Assembly: GCA_036444275.1 (NCBI GenBank)
Contig: JAZGAD010000014.1
Span: forward strand, 1 to 64,000
From: Candidatus Hydrothermarchaeales archaeon
GTDB lineage: Archaea > Hydrothermarchaeota > Hydrothermarchaeia > Hydrothermarchaeales > JAZGAD01
Reading direction: 5' to 3'
Length of the DNA stretch: 64,000 nucleotides
In this document: one piece after another, positions 40,301-55,300 of the stretch
Layout: each line of letters starts with the position of its first letter
Position numbering within the stretch: position 1 is the stretch's first letter
Notes under the pieces: generated by a model
The model's input: only the letters and a program-made list of their open reading frames with translations
The model's database searches: none
What the model was told of the DNA's origin: nothing
Program-made: the position numbers and the translations under genes

Positions 40301-43300
40301 GAATGTCACGAAGGGTGACTTCTACTACGAGAACACCACAATCTTCGAGGAATTCCTCTTCGTGGAGACAAGTCCGGTACTGACGAATCCGCAGCTCAAC
40401 ACGTCAAAGAACGGAGACAACATCGGTGGCTGGGGCGAGAAGTTCAACTTCTCGGTGGTCGTGACAGATGAGGATGGGGACACTGTCTACGCAGTCCTGT
40501 GGACGCGCCGGAATGCTTCATACTCGTGGACCGAGATCGAAAACAAATCCTGCACCAACTGTAACAACACAGTGGTGTATCATGAAGAAACCGGAGCTTA
40601 CTCGTGTAATAAATTTGATGATAGCGATCTAGGTACTTGGGAGTTCAAGTGGAATGCCACCGATGTCGCGAGTTATCCCTCCACAGGGGACGGAGATGTA
40701 TACACCAATGAAACAGTAAACGAGAGCTACACCGTGGAGAAGGACAACGTATCAGTAACCCTCGTTTCAGGAAACAACGAAACCGTCTGGAGAAACGGTT
40801 CGGATTCTGAGACCTTAACGGTGCTAGTCTATGATATTGACAAGGAAGAGAATCCCACAACTCAAGCAAAGGGAGCGATATGGGTTACAACCACTACATT
40901 CAACGGCTCCCTGGAGGGCACATCCTACGTCTCGGTCTTCAATGATTATGCAAATCCCAGTGGCCAATTAACTAAAAACTTCGACCCCAGCTGTTCATAC
41001 GAAGTTGGCTGGCAGCATTGGATCGGTGGCACATACGGCAGTGAATGCTACATGGATGCCAATTCCACTCAGGGTCCGTTCAACCTAACCATGAAGTCCT
41101 ACCTCGAGGGCGTGGTCCAGAATGTCAACCAGACCCCACCTTACTACGAAGTGAGTGAAAAGATCAACATAACATTCTACGTGAATGACGATTGCGAGGG
41201 TACCTATGGCGGTATGGGTGGGGCGGATGTCATCAAGCTCAATCTCTCCAGTGGCGGATGGAGTAATGAATATACAACGGGCTTCATAGACTATGGAAAC
41301 GGCACTTATGTCTACGAGTGGGACTCTGCGGTAGGGGTGTACGGATGGTACAACACATCTTTAGAGCTGAACCAGAGCTACTACTATAACAAGACCGGCG
41401 GAGACGACAACGTAACCTTCGACAGGGAAGAGCTCTTCTACCTCGATACTAGGCCTCTATTACAGACTGCGGCAGTTAATCAAACTGACAACGGCTGGGG
41501 AGAGACTTGGAAATTCACTGTGGAGTGTAAGGACTCAGACGGGGATCCCGCCAATCTGACCCTCTGGAAGCGTCTGCAGGACTCTCCCGCGTCGGAATGG
41601 GAATATGTAGACTCTCAAACATGTTCCAACACTGGTTTTGAACTCAAAACCTTTATAGAAACCTTCAACTATACCGATATCACCCCGGCGGGGAACGTCA
41701 CCAACTATAAGTTCAATATCTCCGATCCTTATGATTATGGATCTGAGTTGATAGGTCCGGAGGATATTACAGTTGAACCCGACGACATAGGATACACCAC
41801 GGTCGTAGGGGATGAAGAAGGTGTAGACAGGCTCGGCAACGACACAGTCCGCCTCGCAATTCTGGTGGTAGACCAAGATAGAGGAAACACACCCGTATTG
41901 GAGGGAACAGGAATGACCTTCAATATAACTTCAGATTACGTCACCTATGACACTATATATCCGGCCACAGTCAACTCCACTGGATGGATGAATCTGGACT
42001 TCAATGCCACATGCACTCACCTAGCAGGGCAGCAGAAGTGGATAGGTGACGAGGCAGATTATAGATATAAAGGTATTCCCTTTGGAGCCTTCGACGTCTT
42101 TGTGACGGGTCAGCTCTATACGGACCTCATAACTCCTCCAGACGGACAACCCTACAACGTATCCGACCCGGTTCCTACAAACCTCAGCGTGTTCACGGAC
42201 TGCGCACCAGAAGGAAATGTAACAGGGGCCACCGTCACCATCGGCTTCAGCCCCAACGAGACCAGCTGGGAGAACTTTACAGCCACAGACGGTGGGGACG
42301 GATACTACAACGTCACCTGGGATTCTACAGGCAATATCGAGGCCAACTGGAGCATAATAGCAAATGCATCCCTTTCGAATTACACCGACAACGTGACCAA
42401 GTGGTCGAGCAGGTTCGAACTTATAAACCAGCCCCCGGTTGTAGACGCGGTAAACCTCACGGTGGACCCGGAAGAGGAAGGCTGGGGTGCTACCTACATC
42501 TATACGGTCTTCGTGGATGATCCTGAGGGGGACGATGTAACATGCACCCTCTACGTTAACACCACTGGCTCTTGGGTTGAGAAAGGCTCTAACACTACTA
42601 CAGGCGGGGTGGGCAACTGCTCTGTCACTGTCAGCGGCTTCAATAAGTCGGACTACGACTATAACCTGTCGAACCCGATCTCGTTCATGTTCGAGATAAA
42701 CGACACAGGTTCCGGTGAGCCCTTCAACACCTCGGATAAAGTCGGAGCGATATATGCCCCGTCCTTCCAGGAAGATAATGTATCGATAACCTATTACGGC
42801 GGAGATAACGGCACCACCATCACCAGAAAGCTCCAGAGCGCAACCTTCATATTCAATACCACGGACACCGACAGCGGAGGCGTGGCCTACAATGCGAGCG
42901 GCGCGGTATGGGTCACCAAGACCGGTAGCAGTGACTGGGACAGCGGCACATCCGACACGACCAACGCTTCAGGATATCTCATTGTCGAGATTGCCCCTGG
43001 CTGCGACTATGACACAGGCGTGCGGAACGTAATGGGAGGAATAAACGACACGTATTACGAGGACGTCAACACCACAGAATCCCTTATGATAACCCTTACG
43101 GGCGGCATGAGCCTTCAGGCATGGAGCCAGAATGAATCCGATGACCAGGACCAAACCATCTATAGAGATGATAACCTCACCATAAAGGCCAACATTACAG
43201 ACGAGTGTGGTGCGCAAGTTGATGGCGTGAATGTAACCTTCACCCTTTCGAACGGGAGCCAGAACTTCACATGCAGCGTCAACAACGAATCAAACGGCAT

Positions 43301-46300
43301 CTACAACTGCACCATAGAGACCAACAGCACAATGTCTGCCGGCTGGTACAACATGACCTTGAACTCTACCAAACAGAACTTTGCACCCAATACCACATTA
43401 TTTAAGAACTTCCTGTTCATCGAGACCGAGCCTGTACTGACGGGAGCGGTGGTAAATTCATCCCAGAACGGCGACAACACCGGCGGCTGGGGCGAGACCT
43501 TCACCTTCAATGTTACTGCCTCGGACGAGGATGGCGACAATATGACGGTATGTCTATATCTAAGTAAAAACGGAGAGAGTTTCTGGCAAGAGTACTGTAA
43601 CAGCACCGTAAACGGTATCAATCAGCTCGTCAGCCGTGATAGGATCTTCCCCGATGATAGCTGGATGGGTAACTGGGAGTTCAAGTGGAACGTCACGGAT
43701 GATGGAGACGATCCCATTACAGGCGACACCAAATATAATGACACCACTTTGAACATCTCATTCATCGTCGAGAGGGATGACCTATCCATCCTGGAAGAGG
43801 ACGGCGATGAAGCCACCGTTTCCAGACTCGGAGATAACAAAACGTTACTCAATGTCAGCATACGGGATATTGACAAACTGGAGAACGTATCTGGTTTCCA
43901 AGATCTCCTTACAAAAGCCTACGTCACTTTGGACAACTACACGTGGGACTGGGGCAAGACCAAAAGCGTCTCGGGCGACTATCGCTACATTGAATTCAAT
44001 CCCAACTGCTCATACAGCGTCGGTGAGCAGAAGTGGAAGTTCGTTACAGGGGACATCACTGAGTATAAACCGACGGAGTCCGATAATTACACCTTGTATA
44101 TAACGTCTATATTGGTTCCCAACCTGACAGAGCCGCAGGGAGGCATCTATATTAAGGACAGCCAAGACGTCATTATAAATGCAACGGTAGAAGATTACGA
44201 CACTGACTGCGATCCAGTAGACGATTCAACAGTGAATTTCACCTTCACCAATCTTGATGGCACCAAGTATTATGCAGAAACAACAACTCCGACAGTTACC
44301 TCTCTTGGGGAGGGCAACTACACCTACAACTTAACTGCCGCAAGAAATGACGGCATGAAGTACGGGTGGTACAACGTCACGGTGCACGCAAACAGGAGCT
44401 ACTACAGTAATGACGAGGTCGTAAATTATACCGTTTACAAGGCATTCAAGCTGACCTCAATACCTAAATTTGACCCAGAAGATATTGTTTTTACCGTTCC
44501 TTCTGGTAGTGGATATTATTGGGGAGAACCCTGGACCATCAGTGTCAATATCCGTGACTACGACAACGACAACGTTAACGTGACATTGTATAAGAGGAAA
44601 GTAGGGGAAACTAGCTGGGATTATCTCAACGATAGTCTCTGCGACAACGACTGCCAGAATACCAAAACCATATCATTCGTACAAAACTTCTCCTGCGCCG
44701 ACCGCGGAGACATCGAGTGGAACGTGACCCTGACGGACCTCAACAACTTCACGGTCAGCACGACAGAAAATCAGTCGATAAATAAAGACCTTTCATATGT
44801 CACTCATGAGTTTGGAGGCGGAGAAACAGTAAACAGGACAGGGTTAAACAAATTGCCTATGATAGTCAGGGTGGCGGACAAGACAAGAGGCTATGTGCTT
44901 GTAGGCTCCGGAGTAAACGGGAGCTTTTACATTACTAACGGTACTGACAACGTGTGGGCGGAAAGATACACCAACCAGACCAATACATCTTCGCGTTTGA
45001 CGCTCTTCTTTGACCCAACTGAAAACTACACCCTTGGAAACCAGTACTGGGATGGAGGGGTAGAAGGAGACAACTGCTATACGAATAAAAATATCAGCAC
45101 TGGCAATCAGACCTTTAACATAAAAGGACAGCTCCTCATCAACATGGAACAGCCGACAACCAATGTCACCCCTGTCATTGTGAACGACAACGTGACCATC
45201 CGGTTCAATGTCACCACGGATGCCGCCTGGGAAGGATACCAAAATGAAACAACCAGTGTAGACGTTCAGCTGTCCCGCGATGGATCCTCAGTAGCCTGCA
45301 CCTACGGGCCGTATAACGAAGGAAACGGCTCCTACAACTGTACATGGGTGACGGTGACCCTTGATGGTGGCATGTGGAACATGACGATAACCGTCTCCAA
45401 ATCTCCGAACTACAATACAAATGTCACCCTCTTCGAGAACTGGTTCAACCTCTCAAATACAAAGCCCAACGCTACCGACATAAATGTCACTCCGTCCACG
45501 GGCGGCTGGGGCAGGAACTTTACCTACCGGGTATTTGTAAACGATAGCCAGCAGGCCAACGTCACCTGCGCCCTCTACACCAACACCACCGGCGACTTCG
45601 TATATAAGGGCAATGATACAGTAGCTGGAGGACTTGGAAACTGCACAATAAACGTCACCTTTTCCCCTGATGACATCACACCTTCTGCGGAGTTCTACTT
45701 CGTAATAGACGACGGGACAGAAGGAAACAAGTTCAATACATCCACACAGACAGGCCCCATCATAGAGCGGGACAACATTACAATTGCCTTTGTGTATAAC
45801 AGCACCGACGAAGTCAATAGGTCTGGCACCAACTCCATCACTTTCATTTTCTTTGTTAATGATACGGATAGGCAGGAGGGGGCCTATACTCCGAATGCCA
45901 CGGTAGGCCTCTATGTCACCACGGATGGCGAGAACTATAGCCTTGCCAATACCAGTTATACCAACTCCTCAGGCTACGTGACCTTCGTCTTCGACCCGGA
46001 CGATACCTACAATGCAGGGGTGCAAGATTGGAAGGCGAACGTCACCGGTGACTATGCGTATAAGGATGCTAGTACTGGTGTCTTTAACGTTAGGATATGG
46101 GGCGACTTGGGCTACCAGTTTGAGCAGCCCCTTGGCGAGAGGATCATGAGGGGGCAGAACGTGACTGTCAGGCTTAACGTCACAGACGAGAGGGCAACTC
46201 CGGTGCTGATCTCGAACGCCTCAGTGGAAATCCTCTTGACTTCCAACAGAACAGGGGACGATTTCACGTGTCAGGTGGAAAACGAGACATCCCCCGCTGG

Positions 46301-49300
46301 CATCTACAACTGCACCTTCCTGACTAACAGCTCTGTGCCCACCGGGGCGTATAATATCACTCTTACGGCTAAGAAGTCCTACTACAACAACATCTCTACA
46401 GATATAGAATACGTCTTTGGTGTAAGTTCCTTCTTCTTGGAGACCAAGCCCGCTCTTGAGAGCCCGACCGTGGTTTCTAGGATGGCGAATGGCTCCATAG
46501 GGGATGGTGGTTGGGGTGAGGACTGGACTTTCAGCGTGAACGTGACGGATATTGACCTTGATAATGTGACGGTGAAGCTTTGGCTTAATCTGACTGGCAC
46601 GTGGTCCGACGAGGGGACTGCCTATGTAGTGGGGGAGAACCAGACCGTCAGCTTCACGTTCAACGATACTGACAATGTCATTACTTCGTCTCATATTGGG
46701 AACAGGAGTTTCAAGTTCAATATTACTGATTCTAGATTTGCCAATGAGACAGATATCGTGAATTTCACTGTGTATAGGGACGATGTAGGCTTTGCGGTAG
46801 TGAGTGGGAATGGCTCGGCGAATAGGAGTAGTCGGCCTTCTTTCCTCTTGAGGGTTCAAATGTGGGATGCAGATACTGGAGACCCCGTAGGTACATTCAG
46901 GAATGCCCGTTTCTATTATACAAAGGATGGAAATACGAGTAATTATTATACTTACTCGACTAATACTGGCCCTGGTGGGGAATATGCAGAGAATACATTA
47001 GATCTATCAAGTATCGTAAAAAGCTGTGCTTATACGATAGGTCCTCAGTACTGGTTTGTGGATTACAATTACGACTTGGCGAGTGACAGTGAGTTGAAAG
47101 AGACTAACTCCACCCTTTATAACTGGACGCTCATTACTGATCCCTTGGTTGTCTCTATAGTGAGCCCTGTAGATGAGGAATCCCGTTTGAAGGGGGTAGA
47201 TTCTGTGAATCTTACGGGGAGGGTTACAGATGACTGTGTTTCTGAGCTCGGGGGAGTTGAAAACGCGACGGTGGTCTTTAAGATTGTGGGTTTATCGACA
47301 ACAGATACGTTCACCGATGTAACTAACGGATCAGATGGCTGGTATAATTATACTATCAATGATACCAGCGGTTATCAATACGGGAAATACAATGTCACCA
47401 TGAATGTGAGCAAGCAGTATTATAATAGTACTGTGGAGGTTGAAGTGGATGCGTTTGCTTTGGCATCCGTGCCTGAAGTTTCAGGTCTGGATGCAGAAGA
47501 CGATCCAAGCGTAAATTCTTATGCGACCGAGAGCAGTTGGGGAGAAGTCTGGGTGTTCTCTGCTACTGTAAAGGATGCCGATTATGGTAATGGTAACGTA
47601 ACGTTATGGGTAAACAATTCCGGTTCGTGGATACCTCAGAATTCTACACTTCGAAGTTTTACCTCTGCAGGAATAGGTGTAAGCTTTAAAGAATATAGCC
47701 TCTTCACCGGTGATGATGTCGGTGTCCAGTACTTCAAGTTCAACGCGACGGATAATTATAATTACACGGATGAGAAGATGGCCAATGTTACTGTTAACCC
47801 TGATGATCTGTACATTGATTATGTCTCGGGGGGCGGTGATACGGTTAACAGAGAGGGCAGTGGTACTGTTAGGTTCATTGTTACTGCTTATGATAAGGAT
47901 AGGATCATGTATCTGGGAGCTGGTAGGAACGGGAGCTTCTGGGTCACTACCACTGGCGTTGTTAGCGGGCCGCGGGATTCGGGGACGGTTAACTATACCA
48001 ACGGCTCTGGTTATTTGATACTGGACTTTGATCCGGATTCCAATGTCCATGGTGTTGGGACTCAGTACTTGGATGGAGGGATATATGGTGATTCGTGGTA
48101 TGTCGATAGGAATCTTTCCCAGGACGATGTCACGAATTATCCGGTAACTATTGTAGGCCAGCTCAAGGTCAACTTGGAGCAGCCCTATGATCCTTCGGGT
48201 CAGTATGAAGCGATTGTCACTGACAATATAACCATCAGGTTTAATGTTTCCACCGACAATACCTCCATGGGACCGGCTTCAGACCTGCAGGCCGATGCAA
48301 CCACTTCTGTTGAGATAATTGACTTCGATGGAAATGTCCTGCCATCCGCCTGTAGTAGTGCAGGCGAGGGGAATGGCTGGTATAACTGCACGTGGGATAC
48401 GAGCATAGGCGGGTTGCTTGAAGGAAACTACAGCATAAGGATAAACTCCTCTTTCACCCCCAATTACAACCCCAACTCCACTACTTACATTAACCTGACG
48501 AGGCTTATAAACACCGAGCCCAATGGGACCATCGCAAACACCACCCTCAACGTCACTCCCCCCGCTGGCGGCTGGGGCGAGAACTTTACCTTCACAGTGA
48601 ACGTAAGCGATACCCAGGGCGACAACGTCACCTGCATCCTATTCGTAACAACGGACAATGGCACAACCTGGATGACGAAGGGGGAGAAGTTAATCACGGA
48701 CACCAAGCCCGAAAATAAAAAGATATGCGAGATAAATACCACCTTCACCAGCGACGATATAACCTACTCAAATAACGCCACCTTCAAGTTCCAGCTGAAC
48801 GATAGCACCGAGGGCAACATCTACAACACCACGAACGGGAGTGGACCGGTGATAGAGCCGGATAATGTCACGGTTTCATATGTCTTCGGCGGGTTGCGAG
48901 TGAATAGAACCTCTGATGGGAGTAGCAGTGTGCCGTTGATTTTGAGGATCTATGACAACGATACTGAGGGATACGTACCTCAAGGCGTAAACGGAACCAT
49001 CTGGATAACCGTGAACGGTAGCGATTACGATCCAGGTAACAGCAATCTTACGAATGACTCCGGCTACTTGATCTACAACTTCACTCCATCATGCTCCAAC
49101 TATGACCTAGGCGTACAGTATTGGATTGGCGGGGCCACGGATCCAGCCTATGAACGGAAAAACACGACGCAGAACTTCACCTTTGAGATACAGGGAGTTT
49201 TGGAGACTGCCATTACAGCACCAACCGGACAGCCAAGGTACCTGAAAGGCAGTCAGAATGCAACCCTCAAGGGGACCGTAAAGGAGTGCAGTGCCGACCC

Positions 49301-52300
49301 AAATGTGGACGATGCCAACGTTACCTTCAAACTAACCGCAAAACTAACCAACCAGACCTACCAGTGCACGGGTACTCTCCTATCCACGGGTACATATAAA
49401 TGCGACTTGGACTTCGCAGCTATGGATGCCGGCTGGTACGATGTCAAAATGAATTCCTCCAAGGCGTATAATTACAATGACAGCGTAACCAGTACCGATG
49501 TATTTTTTGTGGTTTCAAAGCCCGAGCTGAGCGACGCCAACGTGACGAATAGAACAGGCGGCTGGGGCGAGAGGTTCACCTTCACAGTGAACCTGACAGA
49601 TGAAGATGAGGACAACGTTACGGTTGGGTTATACCTCAACAAAGATGAAAGCTGGGAACTGAAGAATTCCACGAGCGTGATTGGAAACGGAAGTAATCAA
49701 ACCGTCACCCTGACCTACGCTGGTTTTACCTTATCCGATATGGGTGTCTGGGAGTTCTATTTAAATGCAACCGATAATAGCACATGTTCGCCATTTTGCC
49801 CAAATACAGTGACGACACCGGTTGATAACTTTACCGTGGAGGAAGATGACGTTCGATTCGAAGTAGTTGCCGGCGATGGAGAGATGGTATGGAGAAATGG
49901 ATCGGCCAGTGCAACAAGAACACTAGAGGTCCAAGTTTTCGACGATGATAGGAATGTGAGCATAGACGGACCTAAACTCAACTTCTGGATTACGGTAAAT
50001 GGCACAGATTGGAGACTCGAACAAGGTGGGGAAGGAGGTGATAGTAACGGTTACGTGGACATCAACTTCAAGCCAACATGTGCCAATGGCTACCAGGTGG
50101 GGATACAAGACTGGAAGGTCGAAACCACTGGTACCACGTTAGATTATTATAAGGCAGTCAATTCTACAAATTACTCCATAAAGGTTCAAGGGGAGCTGAA
50201 CTTAAGTATCCTGATTCCCAAGTATCCATCATCTTACCTTGCGGGGACTTCTGTTCCGCTATCAGGCAAAGTGATAGATGACTGCGGTGCAGATATGGAT
50301 AATACCTCCACCTCAGTGACTTATACCTTCAAGAGGGGAGGTAGCGAATATTCGAACAGCACCACCATCTATGTTGGAAATGGTACCTATAACTCCAGCT
50401 GGGACAACCCGCCAACAGTATACGGTTATTATAACCTTACGATGACTGTGAGCAAAAGTTATTACGGGATTAACAGCACCAAGGAATTGAATGCGACATT
50501 TATATCATCTAAACCTTGGTTAGATGATGATACTGCAGACCTAGACTTCGAGAGTGGGGGAGATGGTGGCTGGGGAGAAGACTTTACCTTTAGCGTACAG
50601 GTCTTTGACAATGATCTGAACGAAGTAAATGTAAGCCTTTGGAAGAGGCAGCAACTCGAGGACGGTAATTGGAGTAACTGGAGCCTGATAGACTCTGCGA
50701 TGAAAAATGATACACAGTGGACATATTTCACGACATCCTTTACATCGAGCGACATGGGCCTCAACTCTTGGAAGTTCATCGCCGTCGATACGTGGAACTA
50801 TACCAACGAGACCACTGTGAAGAACTTCACAATACTTCCAAATGATATAGAAATCAAACAGTATGCCGAGCCGGGAGCTGTAGGGCGACTCTTATCCCCG
50901 CAAACTTTAGGGGTCAAATTTAAGGATTCAGACAGAAACGAATATACCAACGGGATCAATGGGACGATATATATAACCGAAAAAGGCTATGACACAGACC
51001 ACAACTGGACTTATGAATGCGTAAGTGAAAACGTGGGTATTTTTAATGGAGTCTGCGCGGTTGAATATCCTCCGAATTGTACCTCAACTATAGGCATACA
51101 GAACTGGATAGTCGAGCTCACGGATCCCAGATACAAGACCCCGATCAATTACACTAAGAACATCACGGTGAAGGGACAACTCAACACCACCATATTGACC
51201 CCCAGTGAGGATAATACCAGCGTAAATCGGAACACATCAGTTGTGCTCAAAGTAAATGTATCCGATGAGTGCAAAAACACCATAGACACTGCCCAGGTAA
51301 GTTGGAAAAACGAGACAGAAGATGAGATAGCAATAAACGACACCAAAGACGGGATCAATGGGACGTACATCGCGACTTGGAATATCTCGGGCACCTACAA
51401 GCTTGGTCCAGAGACTATTTATGCCACTGCTTCCAGCGTAGACAACTATTACGATGCCAATTTTGATACTAATTATTCAGATAATATCGGCGTCTTGGTG
51501 TACGGCTGGAGCTACATAAAGACCATGTCTCCAGCTAATGGCACAGAAGTTCGAGCCGGGAACAATCAACAAGTAACCTGCACTGTCTACGACAATAGCA
51601 CTGGTCAATCCATATCCGACTACAATGTGAGCTTCTACGTGGACGGCGTATACCGGAATAGCACAACAACGGTTGGTGCTACTGCGACTTGGACATGGTA
51701 CGTCAACACAAGTCACGGTAACAAGAACGTATCCTGCGACATAACCGACGACTCGGAGTTGTATTATAACATCACAAGCCCCAACGAGAACAGCACAATA
51801 ATAAAGGTCGATAGACCACTCCTTATAGACAGCATCTCAGTCAGCCCCGACTCCATTTGGAGGAACGACTCCTTCTGGCCGACCAAGCCTATAGAAACCA
51901 CCATCACGGTACACGTCTGGGACGCCGACCTTGGTAATGCTGTAAATGCAACGGTCTGGTTCAACATTTCGGACGAGATAAACAACATATCTTGGAGTCA
52001 GACGAACTCCACTGGCTATGCGAATATAACCTACAACCCACCTTACAACCTGACACCCGGTATGCACCCAATACGTATCAATGCGACGCCAGCTAATGAA
52101 AGTCTCATAGCGGCTTCAGCCACGAACCTAACAGAGGTGCAGGTCAGGGGAGTGTTGAACGTGAACATAACCGCTCCTCCCGATCCTCTACTCGAGTTCT
52201 CTTTCAAGAAGTCAGAAACGATTTGGCTCAATGCTACTGTTACCTCTGAAAACGGCGATGTCGTGAATGCCACGGTAAAATGGTTCAACGTAAGCACTGT

Positions 52301-55300
52301 CAACATCGGCCTGAACGACACTAACGAGACCATGTGGGATCCTGACTTATTGGCGCAACAGGATACCGGGGAGGACCTCCTCATCAATGCTACAGCCTAC
52401 AAGGACTACTACGACACGAATTCCGGCTACCTTTTTATAAATATAACCGGCACAGCCAACGTCTCCTGGGTCTCGCCAACACAGGGACAACAATATCCAA
52501 ATCCCTTCAACCTTACCTGCAACGTCACAGACAGTGTCTCAGGAGCAATCATCTCTGGATACAATGTTTCCTTCTGGTACAAATATCCAAATGAAAACTT
52601 CACCTACAATGGTACCATACCCACAGATTCCGAAGGAAATGCCACCTATATATGGACGCCTCCAAAACCAGGGGAACCCTATATGACCTTTATGTGCAAT
52701 ATAAGCGACTACACCGAGGAGAACTACAAGGCCTCCGACGACAAGAACTCCTCCTCCATGAACATTCCGGTAACAGATATGACGCCGCCCTTCTTCGACA
52801 CCTTCCTAGTCACGCCCAACGAGAGCATAGAGGCATGGGAGACGATAAACATAACGGTGAATGTTACAGACGACAAGGGGATAAATGTAGTCTATGTCCA
52901 GATCGGGGAATACAATGGCACCCTTCAGAACTACACAATGAATAACCTCACACCAGTTGAGCCAGACGAGCCAGCTATATACTTCTACAACTATACGCCC
53001 GAGTGGGGCGGAGACTACAACGCCACGATATACGCCGAGGACACGTCTGCGAGGAACAACGGCAACTGGTCGCATACTGAGTACTTCACTATATGGGGCA
53101 AGGCAGATGGAGTTACAGATAATACACCTCCACCTCCATCCCAAGTGGCACTCTATAACATATACTACGACCGCGGGCAGACCTTCAATTTGACCATAAA
53201 CTTCACAAACAATGGTGATGGCACAGCATATGCTGTCAACCTCACGATCTACGATAACCAGCCTACTTTAGTCATCAACTATACACCTAACTATAAGTAT
53301 CCTAACTATATGCAGCTGTATGACGTAAATGCAGGCGTTACGAACCTAACGGAGGTTAATGTCACGATACCAGCTGCAACTACAGCAAGAACTATTTATA
53401 TCTATGGAAACGTGACCTGGAGAAATCCTGATAAGACAATTAACTCGAGCATAGCGCAGACAGTCGTGCTGGTATATGAGAACCCGGTGCTAAACGTTAC
53501 CGACGACTCCTATCAGCCAGAGTTGCAACTGGAAGACGTCCGCCATGGAGATAAGAAGGAGGGCACAGTAATAGTGCAGTCCATCGGGAACGCGAACATC
53601 AGGAATATCAACATATCAAGGGACGATGGAGCGCTGGACAACCTCGGTACCGATTGTCCGTACTGCAATGTAACCTTCAACGACGATACTGTATACAGCA
53701 TCCCCAGCCTACCCTTAGGCGTAACCTCTACGGTTACAGTAGTCGTGGATGTGCCTTTCGGTCAGGCTCCAATGTCGTACACAAGCCACATAAAAACAAT
53801 ATCAGAGAATGCAGCGGCAAAGACCATTCTTATGAATGTTACTGTGGCAGGGAATGCAACGTGGTATGCTGAAACGTCGTATGCCGACCCCAGTACACTC
53901 GGCAATATAACCGCCTTCCACCCCAATCAAAGCGGGTACACCAAAGGCACTATGGGCAAGATCACTCTTACAAATATAGGCAACGTGAGGATATCCTATG
54001 CGATTACAGTCCCGCATAAAAACACCGAGATGAATGGAACCACGATAGAGGTTAATGGCCAGTATCCACCGGATCCAGTCTCGATCCCTGAGCCCTACCT
54101 ACAGCCTGCTGGAACGAAGCGTACGCTGGAGATAAACTACACCATCCCAACTACTGCCGATAGAGGGCTGTACTGCAAGAATATAATGATAGATGTAACT
54201 AAGGCAGAGCCCGTAAAGGTTGAAGACGCGAAGCCGTTTTCACTCAATATTCCCTTCTGCCTTGAGGTAACTGACCCGAAGTACAACTGGAGCCATTCCA
54301 AGACAAACATCTCCATGGAGGTCATACAGGGCACAGACGGCTTCCTCGGCACCTTGAACATAACCAACCTCGGGAATGTCGAATTTTACTTGGAGGTGAA
54401 CAAATCCGTCGAGATCATAGCTGTCTCCAATCTCACCCTAGGCCTAGGTGTTAACAAGACCCAAGAGGTATCCTTGAACTACTCAGCTCCAGTAACTCAT
54501 GAGCTAAAGAACTATACGTATTACTTCAAGACCGTGAATGCATCAGGAGAGCCAACTGAGAGGATAACGTACATCAACCTAACGGTCCAGCCCTACTTCA
54601 TAAACATAACCCAACCCACAAAAGACGCTCAGAAGAAGGGCGTGTTCGGTGGCGATGAGATTCTTATCAGGGTGAACGTGACCTATAATGGTACAGCGGT
54701 AAACGACACGGGCGATATGAACTGGATTGTAACGCTGTTCAACAGCACCTACTCGAAGGACTATACTCCATCTGCTCCGCTTGATGAAGTTTACGACAAT
54801 GTAACTGAGCAATTCAACCTCACCATACTTGTCCCCAATATAGCCCAGAGGGCCTATGATTTGAAGGTAACAGCCACTTACTCACCAAAGAACCTTGTGC
54901 TCGCTGATGTCGAGAATGATGCCATAGTCTATAATGATACTATCGACCCAGTGCTTAACCTGGTGGTGCCAGGAGAGGTAACCGTGGGACAGTCCGTGGA
55001 AATCCTCCTGAACGTGACAGACGCTGGATCGATAAATGAGTCGACGGTAAGCGCGAACATAACGGATCCCAATCAAATCACCTTCGATCTGAACATGAGC
55101 TCTATCGACAAACAGGGCGATACTTACCGGTACAACAACGTATCCATCCCAACCCTGGAGGGCACCTACACCATAGATGTCACGGCCTGCGACGTAAGCG
55201 GACGTTGCGCGTCCAACAGCACGTCCTTCAACGCCTACATAAAGGTAGACATCAATGGCACTGCTAAGGATTCAACTAGTCAACTCGCGGAGGTCAGCTT

